From Chrysemys picta bellii (lineage: Eukaryota): a DNA stretch of 64,000 nucleotides. Below, in pieces: positions 1 through 11,110 of the stretch. Every line of letters begins with the position of its first letter. The first letter of the stretch is position 1. A program made the translations under genes and the position numbers. The notes below the pieces were generated by a model. It searched no databases. It saw nothing but the letters and a program-made list of their open reading frames with translations, and was not told the origin of the DNA. The stretch is taken from positions 13,082,001 through 13,146,000 of the forward strand of contig NC_088815.1 in the NCBI RefSeq assembly GCF_011386835.1, given 5' to 3'.

Positions 1-1017
1 GGAGATGATGGGCAGGAAGGGGACAGTGGGTTAGGAGAGTGCAGGGCGGAACAAGGACAGAGCAGAGCTGTTGCAGCCTTAGGTGGAAAGGGTGGCAGAG
101 TGGCTGTAGCTTAGGACTGTGGACGGCTGGCATCAAGGACTTGTTCTGTCACAGGCTCCCTGGGTGACCGTGGCCCTCCTTGTGCCTCACTTCCCCATCT
201 GTAAAATAAGGACATAGCCCTGCCTCCCAGGGAGGTTATGAGGATTAAACGTGGTAAGTTGCCCAGGTGATATGGTAATGGGGGGGGGGGGTCATATACG
301 TACCAGCTCCAATGGAGAGTGAGAGTCATACAAGGTACTCACTGAAAATACTAAACACTGCGGGGGGGGGGGGGGGGGGGCATTTTCAAAAGTATCTCAG
401 TGGCTTAGGAGCACAAGGGCTTCTCTAAACCTGGAGCAACTCAGGAACAGCTATTCAGGAAGACTTCCATGTGTGGACGCTCTTATTCACTTTGGAAGTG
501 GGGCAAGTTCAACAGCGCCACCACATTTGTAGTCTGGACTGAGCGGCTGGCATTCACAAAGGGGACATGTGCATCTAACGGCCCCACTTTGGAGCTGCAT
601 GAAAGGCCCTTGGCCCCGACATTTTAAGTCCTCAAGGTGCCAACATTTCCAGTTTTTCAACAGAAACCCCCTCCCCCAACAAAATTCCAGTTTTCGATTC
701 AAAACCTCTCAAAACAGAAACACGTGACTGAACATGGACAACGTGTCACCCATAAGGGCTGCAAAATATTGTTTCTTTTGATTTTTTTCATGGAAAAACC
801 CTTCCCCAGCCACTCTACTAAGCCCCTGACGTTGCTTTCAGGAGCTAGGCAGAGCCTTGTAGGCCGTTCAAAATATAGACGTGTCATATTTTTGAGTGAC
901 GCTAGGCTTGGCGAAAGGACAGCCCTGCAGCTGAAAGGCTCCGGTCGAGCACAGAGCAGGGCAGTGGTTGGGCATCGCCCTTGTGCCTGGGGTGGACTGG
1001 CAGCCTGGCAGATAGGC

Positions 1018-1158
1018 CCCCCCCATCAGTGCCACGGATGTTTTTTATGGGGTGGAGATGGGTCCACTAAGAACTGGACTAAATCCACCCCCCATCAGTG
1101 CCACAGATGGTTTTTATGGGGTGGAGATGGGTCCACTAAGAACTGGACTAAATCCACC
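1018..1158. repeat. 69-bp tandem duplication (2 copies, near identical)
   Basis: ccccatcagtgccac(g/a)gatg..atggggtggagatgggtccactaagaactggactaaatccacc occurs at about 1021 and about 1090. Confidence 0.9.
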
Positions 1159-4019
1159 AAGGCACAGCCTTCCCCTCCCCCCCCAACAGCCATTGGATGG
1201 GCTATGTGAGACCAGGAGGGTTCAGGAGGGCCAGCCTGTACCCCTTCCCCCCCAGCAGCTGCTAAATACATCCTGCAGCAGGACGTTCCCTTACATGTTT
1301 TTTTCCTCCTTTCGCTGGGCGTTTTGAAGCAATGCTGAAAGCGGAGGCCTGGCCTCTGTCTGAGGCCTGGTGCTGTGCTCTTTATGTTGTCCGCACTCAG
1401 TGTGTGAGCAGGGGAAGTGTAGGGGTGGGGGGTCCTGGCCCCCTCTAGCCAGCTCCCCAGCGTGAGTCCAGCCTGCTAGCCTTGTCAGCCAGGCCCTGCT
1501 CTGCAAAGCTACACAGCGAAAACCACCTCGGGTTTGGGGTTGGCTGGCTTGGGCCTGCTGTGGTGATTTCCACCCATGCACCCTGGGTGTGAAATGCCAC
1601 AAAGTTGGAACCGCAGCAGTTTCCCCCTTGGCTTTGCATGGTTTTGAGTGACGCCCCAGGTGCCAAAAAGAGCAAAGTGGGGCCTGCTTCTTGCCCCGAA
1701 CAAGGCCACTTGCTTTGCCCCCTGCCTGCCTCACTAGCGGTAGACGAGCTAACGCTCCCGCTTCCCTCTCCCTGGGGAGCGGTGGGTTAATTCGCTTTGG
1801 AAGGGGCTTGAGTCACATGCGTTGCAACTCTTATTACAAAAATGAAGCGGGGGGCAAAATGGGGCTGCTGGGGCACCTTACCGTTGTGGGGCCTGGCATG
1901 CAGCTGACAGGGGCAGCCCCTCAGGCCCGTCCTTGGCACAGGCTGGACAGGCCCCTAGCGGTTGCAGCTAGGAGAGTTTCTGGTTGTAGCAGTGAGGCAC
2001 CGTGTTGCAATCCACCCTAGGGTCCAATTGCTGCACGGGCTAGAGGCAGGACTTTAGCTCCAGAGGGGGCTTGTGCTCCTTGATCTCAAGGGAAGGGGGC
2101 TGGGGCAGGTGGGGTTTCCAGCCTCAGCACCCGTGTCGTGGCTTGAACTTTCCTACCCTCCAGCTGCCTGTCTCGCCCCTTCCAAACATGGGCTGGTCCA
2201 AGGTCTCAAACAGCAGCTGCTGGACCCAACGTGCCCACACCAACCCCAGCTGTGGCACTCAACAGCCTTGATCCCCTTGCAGAGATGCTGGCTCCCCTGC
2301 AGGGATGGCAGCTGCATGGCCCCTGCATCACTCCCCAAAGGGTTGTGCTGTAACATGGGGGCAACCCCCCCTTTCCATCCTGCTGTGTGGGGCCCCCAGC
2401 ACCTCGCTCTCTGGGACATCACCACTCACACAACCTTGGCGGGGAAGGCCTTCGTTGTGGCAAACTCAGAGCTGCGGGAGTCAGCTCCAGGCGTAGGTTC
2501 AGCCTTGGTAGGGTGGCAAATTCCCAGCCAGCCCCGGGGCTGCAGCCATGGGGTTAAACAAGCAAAGGTCTCATCTCTCCTCCCCCAGGGAAAGAAAGAG
2601 CCTGAACCCTCCCTCCCTCAGGAGCCACACACACCATCCAGTCCGAATGCTGTAATTAATTCAGGGTACAACACACCTGTAGTAACAGGGGACACCTGCA
2701 TTACCTCACCATTTTTGCAGTAACCATTTGTTTAACTTTAAAACACAACTTCCCCCCGAGCTGTGCTTTCTGTTAACCTAGCATCCCCTAACTGTTATCC
2801 CCGGCTTCCATCCTCTTCTGTCGAGCAATGCGCTGGGTGTTGAGCCGTCCTGTTCTTTGCTACTGGTTTCTTCCCTCACCTGCTGTCTGTATGTACTAAG
2901 GATGTTATTTTACTGGGGCACTGGACAGTATTAAAATTAAAGCTATGTAAATAGGAAGCGGTTCTCTTTATTTTCCACCCTGCTAATAAGGACTGCGTGG
3001 CCAGTTGGAAATGGTGGTTGGAGTGGAGGGGGGAGGAGAGAGCCGGCAGGGGCTGGGGAGGGGTTTTCATTTAATAACCAGAGGTGGTTGGTTCCCCTGC
3101 TGGCTTGAGGAATTGGTGATTCACAGGCACAGTGTCCTGCTCACCAGAGGAAGGGTGGGCTTAGGGTTAAGGCACGGGCTTGAAAATCTGGGTTTAATTC
3201 TCAAAGTTAACACGGACACACACACACACCCCCTCTGTGCCTCAGTTTCCCCAGTCATAAAACAGGGATAATGCCAACCCTTCACACCCTGGCTGCGGTC
3301 AGGCTCTCAGATACTCTGGCCAGAGAGACCATACACAGAGCTGGGAAAACCTCAGCTTTGAACCTAGCTCGTGTCCCACGTACAGTACACAGTGGTTGTG
3401 TAGCATATCTCGAGGGGTAGCTGGGCTTCCCCAGGTAGCGTAGATGCACCGCGCCCCACCCAGGGAGGTGATGTGGGGAAATGTTTAGAGGCTCCTGCCT
3501 CTCTGTCATCGCTACAGGAGGCAGCAAGTGCCTCTCAGGGCAGGGAAGCTACTCACCACCCAGCTGTCCCTTACCCCAGTTCCAATTTCCAACACCGCGT
3601 TGGTCTGGCCAAGACTTTAGCTTAGTTACAAGACACTGCTGTGGTGTCAGCTGGAGCCAGGCCAGCCACAGTGTGATACCCCCAAGACACAGACACACAC
3701 ACACACACACCACCTAGGACCAGATGAGGTTTCACTTTTACTTCAAATCAGCAGCCGGAAGCGTGACGCAGGCGGACAGTTTGCATGCCAGGCTCGAGAG
3801 AGAGGAGGACAGAGCTGAAGTCTCTGTAAGAGAACAGGTAGGCACGGGGGGGGGTGGAGTTGCACCAGCAGTGCCCAGACGGATGGATGAGGCACATGCG
3901 GCTGGGTGAGTGAGCTGATCTCTAACCTGGCAGCACAGGGAAGCCACAAGGGGTCAATACAGGGCAGAGGAGACAGACAGGCAAGCTTACAGACGATGCT
4001 GCAGTTACAGGGCTCAGCT

Positions 4020-7000
4020 CTAGCGTAGGTATTTTTTGATCCACGTCTTGTATTTAAAGACAGCCGTCGCGACGGGCGGTTTGAACACGTTGACACATCT
4101 CCTTTTGTCCGTGAAGGAGATCACGCCGGCTACCTCCGCTTTCTTGCCACATACCACAGGGCCCCCGGAATCACCCTGCAACAGCACAGAGTACACAGCC
4201 TGTTAGCCTGGGAGGACCCCGCGCAGCATTGGGATGAGGGTCAGGAGCGTGGAAGGGCACAGAGGCAGTGACGCCAAGCAACAGGGAGGAGAGAGGCAGT
4301 GGGTCACATTGCACGGGGCAGGCATGAGGGTTGTCCTAGGACTGGAGCTAACCAACAGCTTGGGCCAAATCCTGTGCTGGTTAAAGGGGCTTGACTGACA
4401 GCCCTGGAGACCTCTCTCCACAGAGCGGGTGCAGAGTAGGGCAAGCGTCCCACACACATGCCCCAGCGGAGCTCGGCCCTGACCGAGGGACAAATCTCCA
4501 TGGCCCATTCAGTCTTTGGCCTCTCTGCCAAGCCCGCCACCAAGGCCTTCAAAGGAGTGGGGAGTCCCTGGCCAGCAGCTCCCTGCACCTCACTTATCCT
4601 CGCCTGCCAAAAAGGGACAAAGCCTCGGGGATGGATAATGGGACACGATTCCCAGGGAGAACATGTGGCCAAACCCTCTGGCATCCCTGTCAGCAAAGGT
4701 GCCGACTCCATGGGTGCTCCGGGGCTGGAGCGCCCATGGAAAAAAACAGGGGGTGCTCAGCACCCCGGGGCGGGCCCTGCTGATCAGCTCCTCCCCCTCC
4801 CCACCCAGTGCCTCCCACCCGCTGCTGATCAGCAGCAGACACTGGGGGGGATGGGGAGCAGGAAGAGGTGGAGCAAGAGCCAGGCATACTTGGGGGAGGG
4901 GCAAGGGTGGGGCTTTGGGGGAAGGGGTGGATTGAGGGCGGGCCCTGGGGCAGAGCAGGGAGCGAGCACCCCTAGGGAAATCAGCAAGTCGGTGCTTGTG
5001 CCTGTCAGTGTCTGCCATGTTCCCCGGGATTCTTCAGTATCTTAGCTAGGTCTGGGGCACCCCTGTAGGATCCTGCCATCTCCAGGCATGCTCGAGAACA
5101 GGCAGCTAAGCACGCGGGCCTGGCAACGAGGCCGTCCCCCTTGCACACAGCCAGCTGGGGACTCTCCCCCATCAGCCCGTTCTAGACCAGCGTTGCTGTT
5201 TAGCCATCACCTGGCAGGGGGCAGAGCCCTTCTCGACCCCTTCGAAGCACATCATGGTGCTGGTGACCTCGCCATCCCAGTACCGGCTGTTGTTGCACAT
5301 CCTGATGTCCATCACCTTGACGTTGAGTTCGCGCAGGACAGGGGAATACTTGCTTCCCTCTCTGAACCTCCCCCAGCCAGCCACGCTGCACAGCGTCCCC
5401 GGGGCCGCATTCTTCTTGGACAGGGGGAGAAGCCTTGTCTCCTTGTTCCAAACCACCTTCCTGTCCAGCTGCAGGCAGGAGCGAAAGCCAAGGTCAGGCC
5501 TTGGGGAGACTCCGCCAGGCTGCAGGAAGATTCCCACCCCTAGCACCACTGTGGTCCCCCCGAGCTGCTTCCATCTCAGTGGAGATGCCTCCAGCTTCTC
5601 CTGTAGGCTGCGGCCCTGTCCCGGGTTCGCTTTGTGCCATTGATACGAAGAGCCCAGATGGGACTCTTTGCACTACCAAGTTCTATAGCGACCTAGGCTG
5701 GGGAGATGGTCTGTCTTAAGTGGGGGAGTCCACAACCCGAGGAGGTTTGAGAAACACACGGAGACCAACCCCCACTAGCCAAGCCTGGCCTGTCTCCAAC
5801 AGCCAGAGGCCTGGCTCCAGCCTCTCCTAACACCCCTTTGTGCTACAGGGCTCCTGGGAGAATTCCCCCAAACAGGGGCAGCGTGTACGGCCCCCCTTGG
5901 GGGACGCTGGTGTGGGGGGGGGGCAGAGCAGGTGCCTCGGCGATTGCTCCAACGCCCACAAAAGACTGCACCAGCCCCACCTAGAGCAACCCAGAACCTA
6001 GGAAAAAGTGAAGTACCTCCCCTCCCCCCACCCCCCCCCAGGCTGCCAAGCCCCAAATCCAGCCCTAGAGGAAACTGTGCAGGCCCAGAAGCCGAGGGAT
6101 GGCGGGAAGGGGTGGGAGGAATGAGACTTCCGAGCAGTTGGGAAGCAGCTGAGGGACAAAGGGAAGCCTCCTTCGCTCTGTTAAAGAGGCCAGACTCCGG
6201 GAAACACTTTGCCCGTCAGCGAAAGCAAGGCCAGGCTGCACACCTTCCAGCACCTCGGAGGCGAGGGTGTGAGCCGAGAATGACTCGAGGCTGGCTAGAG
6301 AGCGCTGCTAGTGTTAAAGATTTCCTGTAAGGGTTAGGCAGTTTGTCACTTCTGAATCTCACCTTTCTAGCCGCTGCAGGAGAGGCCTCCAGAGAGACAT
6401 TCCCCCCCCCCACCGCACCGTCCATCTCCGCTTCACCCCACTCAACCTTCCCCCTACCCTGAGATGGAGGAACAGAGGAAGGAGTAAATCCTACGCAGTG
6501 CTGAATGCCCCGGCTTGCCTCAAAGGGTCCTAACCCAGCGCTTTCCATCCACAAAGGAAATATTGATATCGTTAGCAGTGTGGGCTAGTGGCTAGAGCAC
6601 TGGCTGGGACTCAGGACAGCTGTGTTCTAGTCCTGCCTCTGCCACTGACCCGCAGGGTGACCTCGGGCAAGTCACTTTTCCCTCGGTGTGCCTCAGTTTC
6701 CCCATTTGTAAAAGGAGGATGACAACTCTGCTCTCCTTTGTAAAGTGCTTTGAGATCCACGGATGATAAGAGCTAGGGACTATTACTACCTCCATTTTAC
6801 AGATGGGGGAAACTAAGGCAGGCAGAGGCAACACGATCTGCCCAAGACCACACAACAGGAAGAGCCAGGATTTGAACCCACTCCACTGCCCTAGCCACAT
6901 GGTCAGACGCTGCTGTCTCGTAGGACGGGCCCCCTGTAGCAGAAGCCAGAATAACTGGTGCCCATGGCTCCCTAGCAAGCCCACATACCTTGAGCAGCAT

Positions 7001-8710
7001 AATGTCATTTTCTAAAGTCATGCGGTTGAAGGAAGGATGCGGGACTAACTCCGCGACAGTGAAGACCTGCACTCCAGCATTTCCCCTGGGCTGCCAATGG
7101 AGACCCACCAGCACCCTGAGATCCTTACTGCTGAGACACAAAAAGAAAGCCTCTGTAGCGTTAGCACCCTCCCTGCGGCCACCCGGCTATCCCAATGGCA
7201 ACACCCCATCGGGGAGGCACAAATCTAAGCCTGCAGTCAGAGAAGCAAGTCGGCTTTCTGGTGGAGCATGTTCCCCCAGCTCTTGACTCATGACCCCAGT
7301 GACGCTGGCCCCACCACTGATCCTCCTGGCATGCCCCTGGTGTGCTGAGGGCAGATGGGGACGCCTCCCATGAGCCAAGCAAGTATCATCTGGGAATGCA
7401 GAGGGAGGCACGTTGGCCCAGAGTCGTCAAAAGTATTTAGGTGTCTAATTTCCATTGGAAGTTAGGTGTCCAAATACCTTTGAGGGTCAGGGCCATTCAG
7501 GCCACTTTAAAAAAAAAAAAGCCTCTGATTTGGGGTGCTTTGGTTTTGGGGTGCCCAGCCCGCGACGCACCTTTGGGCCAGATTCTTCTGAGAGAGGCTG
7601 AGTGCCCACAACTCCAGTGGGCATCAGGGGAGCTGGAGCTCTCAGCTGCCTCTGAAAATCAGGCCAACAGACCCCAAATCAGAGGTCCCCTTTGAAAAAT
7701 GTGGCTCACCCAAAGCCACGGAGGAACTGGAGAAAGAACCCAATTGCATTCAATCCCCCCATTTGCACCTCATGACCAACCCTGACCCGGCACGCCTGCC
7801 TAGCTGAATGACCTTCAGGGGTCCTAGTTTGCTGCTCTACTGGTTGGTGAGATTCCTACAGGTGTTCAGTAAATAAAGGCCCTTTTCCTCCCTGGGCTGG
7901 CATCAAGGCTTTTCCTTTGGCATTTCTTAAATCCAGGTTTCACTATTTGCCCCTGCAACAGCAGAGCAACCCCTGCTCCTCTGACCCTAATCTGTGGGAA
8001 CCCATCAGCCAGGGGTGGGTTCTGTACTCACGGGTCGGAATAGCAGTGCGCAGCCGTCAGCACCCAGCGCGCGTGGACTAGGACTCCCCCACAGATGGGA
8101 ATGTTTCCTTTGTGGATAGACACCATGTAGGGCCTGGAGTGAGGCAATGCTTCGCATCCTCCAATGATCGAAGACTGGAGCTGGCCTGCTGTAAAGAAAC
8201 AGCACAACGTGCCCCAATGCACGGGGATGGGGAGCAAGGCAGATGCAGGGGACAATTCTCACGCCAAACCCTGGAAAGGGAGGTGTGTTCGAATCCCAGC
8301 ACTACCAGGCTGGAACCGAGCCATGTTCCAGGTGCTCCAACTATGCCCGTGGGTGTAGAAGCCCTGAAGCCTGGAGGTAGCCAGCTCCAGTCCAGCAGGC
8401 CAGGGCATCGGAGTATGAATCAGGAGCCCCGGATTCCTCCCCCAGCCACATTAAACCATCAGTCTATTGACCCATCACAGCCAGAGGCCTGGGGGGAATT
8501 GAGGCAGAGAGAGAGAAGTGGCTCAGCTGAGCCCACTCAAATTAGGGGCAGAGTCAGGACTAGAATCCAGCCCTCCGGATTCCCAGCCCCGTGCTCCTAT
8601 CCACCGGACCATCCTGCCACTCCCCGGCACCACGCGATCACCCACTCACCAGCCTTCCCAATGGGGAGGAACAGCAGCACCAGGAAAGGCAATTTCCCAT
8701 CTGCCTTCAT
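4020..8710 (-). CDS. GZMM: Granzyme M-like (met-ase locus) serine protease. Exons 8650-8710, 8032-8188 (or 8185, NAGNAG), 6989-7130, 5211-5468, 4020-4175
   Basis: Five exons with GT-AG ends and compatible phases (1,2,0,0). Signal peptide [20 protein letters not shown], propeptide GQLQSS, mature IIGG, intact triad TAAHC / NDIMLL / GDSGG. The segments RMCNNSR(Y/F)W, APCxGDSGGP and FKPPVATAV match human GZMM as recalled. Confidence 0.9.
4694..5000. mobile_element. Non-autonomous hAT-type MITE in the last intron of GZMM
   Basis: Imperfect TIRs caaaggtgccgact / agtcggtgcttgtg and a perfect 8-bp TSD cctgtcag (4686-4693 and 5001-5008). Confidence 0.8.
6575..6900. mobile_element. Two MIR/CORE-like tRNA-derived SINE fragments in opposite orientation
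   Basis: A-box-like tagtggctagagcac, core ggcaagtcactt...gtgcctcagtttccc..tgtaaaa, followed by the reverse core ccattttacagatggggaaactaaggca. Confidence 0.7.
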
Positions 8711-8779
8711 GCTGCCGCCACGCTGAGCCGTCTGCAGACGTCGTCGCCCCACCGCTTCTGCCGGGGGGCATTTCCGCTC

Positions 8780-8795
8780 GTAGTTATATACCCCG
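8780..8795 (-). promoter_or_regulatory. TATA box of GZMM-like gene
   Basis: Minus strand reads GGGGTATATAACTA about 75 nt upstream of the ATG at 8710. Confidence 0.55.
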
Positions 8796-10603
8796 CTCCT
8801 TCCCTGAGCGCACTCGCATCTCCTCTGCGGCAGGGGGAGAAGGGGCTCTCGGGAGGCGGAGGTGTGAGGTTTGAGAGGAGAGGAGAGGAGCTGCTACACA
8901 GCATGTGCTCACCTCGCTACCGCCATAAAAACAGGAACTCAGTGGTCAAGAGCGAGAGTGTAAAAAACAAACCTAATCCATTACATGTTTCCTGAACACT
9001 TTGGGGCCAGATTCCGACACCTCTGTGACATTCTACCCCTCAACACCCCCCCGCACCACATAGCCGAATCCCCCAGCCCACACGCCCTGACAGAAGTAAG
9101 AGATGTAAACTCCTTCCTTGCAGTTTCCAGCCGCTTTTAACTCCCTCTCTATTGCACTCTTCGACCAGGAGCACATCTTTAGGCACAAACAGCTGCTGAA
9201 ACAGGTGCTGGGGCCTGACTAGATTACAAATCTGGAACCATTCTCCCGATCCAGCTAGGTTTGTAGCGTAGAATCCGATCGCCCAACCCCCGTCACCTTG
9301 TCACACCCATGCGCCAGCCACTGCACAGCCCTGGACCTTGTCACGATAGAGATATGCCGCTACCTTCATTTTCGCAACCATTTATGTGATCAACTGCAGC
9401 ATGCCCCTTTGACCGCCTCCCCGGCGCCCAGCCCATGCAACAAGCTCTGTTGGTGCTTGTGGCATGTAATAAAACAATTCCTCTCCCGGAGCTCTGCTGC
9501 TCTCTTTCTGAGATGTAAAACCAAGGTCTTAACCACCCAATGCTCACTGAAGAGTCTTAACTGCAGGGAGCACAACATCCCAATGAGCAAATTGGGGTGG
9601 AGCCAACGCCCAGGTGCTAGCAGAGAGCTGAAGGAAGGGGCTCAGGCTTTTCTCTGGGTTTTTAGGTCCACGGTACTTAGCTAGTGGACAGAACAAGGGG
9701 ATGGGTCTCCAGAGACCTAAATTCTATTCCCAGCTCTTCCACTAGCATGCTAGTTGTGTCCTCGGGCAAGTCACGCCCCCTCCCTGTGCCTCAGTTTCCG
9801 CATCTACAAGATGGGGATAATGAGATTGACCTCCTTTGTAAAGCGCTTTGAGCTCTGGTGCTGAAAAGCACTAATTAAGGGCTGGGGTCATTATGACTTC
9901 CAATGAAATCACAAACTAACTAGTGCTCACAACTCCCCCTCCCCTTCAAAACAGGCGAGCATTGTTACGCCCATTTCACAGATGGAAAGAAATTGAGGCA
10001 CAAGCCTATTTTACAGCAGCAGTTTTAGGGACATCGCCATCTGTTGCTATCCACACTGGGAACGGCTAGTGCAGACAGGGCTCCCAGGGGCCTGGTGTGA
10101 GCTGCATCAACGTAGCAAAGCATTGGGAGACGACCAGTTAGTTACCCAGGGCAGACACGGCCAATGAAAAGTTGGGTGGGGTTAGGGGGGTGCCAGGGTC
10201 AGAGCTGAGAATAAAGCTCATTATTGGCTCCCAGCAGGACCTGATCTTATCCCTACCCAGCCTCTCTCGTAACAAAGACTCGGCCGTTCAGGTTTCTGAG
10301 GAATGGATTTTAATAAGAGCTTATTAAATAATGAGATTTACGAGCAGCGGCTCACATTCCATATAGATTCCCACTGCATTTTAATAGCAAACTTCCACCA
10401 GCAACAACTTTATTTTCTAAGCCTTCTCACGGTCGAGTCTAGGCGCAAAGCCAAGCAGATCGTTCACTGCCAACACCACCACGAGGCCCACGGCAAACCC
10501 CGGATGCCAAATGAACAGGGCAAGACACGCCACGTCCCCCCTGGCAGGAATCAACCAAAGCCAAGTCCACGGGGCTCAGTTTCTCCATGCTAAGTCCCCG
10601 TTG

Positions 10604-11110
10604 CTATCGGCTGACTCTGCTTTTGGCGCTGGTCGCTTTGGAGGGGCGCACAGTGCTCGCTCTGCCAGCTGGAGGCATGCTGCTTTTCAAGCTCTCCAGC
10701 AGCCTCCGCTCGAAGAATTTGTTTCTGTAGTCGAGTTCGTTAAGATGCCTTAAAACCAGAGGCACCTGCTCTTTCTCCACATCCACGTAAACCGGGATCA
10801 TCTTCGTCCCCTCCTGCTCTATCACATGATGCAGATTCCACTCCACGACGCGCTGACACCAGGGGTCGTCCAGCGAGCTGGCCGACAAGATGACGATAGC
10901 GACCCTGCTAGCTTGGATGACCTCGGTGGCCGTCATGAGAACAGACGTCCCTGCCACTTGGTCCTGGTGTTCGGCATAACCCTGGAGGCCTTGCTTTTTC
11001 AGCATCATGGAGATGCAGGAAGCAATATCGTCGTCACGGAGGCAGTACCAGATGGAGAAGTCGTAGGTAAACCTGGAGGGCGAGGGGGACGTCATGCCAA
11101 CAGTCACCAT
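10604..11110 (-). CDS. Single-exon TIR-domain-only protein (about 168 aa from ATG 11110; frame open to 11170), TIRAP/Mal-like fold
   Basis: YDFSIWYCLRD (betaA), LQGYAEHQDQVAG (betaB/BB loop), SRVAIVILS (betaC), LDDPWC (alphaC), MIPVYV (betaD), VPLVLRHLNELD. No TM, LRR or death domain. Minus-strand AATAAA at 10409-10414 and ATTAAA at 10380-10385. Confidence 0.8.
   Translation of the reverse strand: MVTVGMTSPSPSRFTYDFSIWYCLRDDDIASCISMMLKKQGLQGYAEHQDQVAGTSVLMTATEVIQASRVAIVILSASSLDDPWCQRVVEWNLHHVIEQEGTKMIPVYVDVEKEQVPLVLRHLNELDYRNKFFERRLLESLKSSMPPAGRASTVRPSKATSAKSRVSR

Noticed and set aside
637-1209. 190-aa ORF with an internal 23-aa repeat
   Set aside because: Explained by the 69-bp duplication and flanking repeats; no splice or domain support.
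8900-10604. Obligate TIR-granzyme fusion protein
   Set aside because: GZMM has its own signal-peptide exon (8650-8710) and TATA box, and the TIR ORF has a stop and poly(A) signals.
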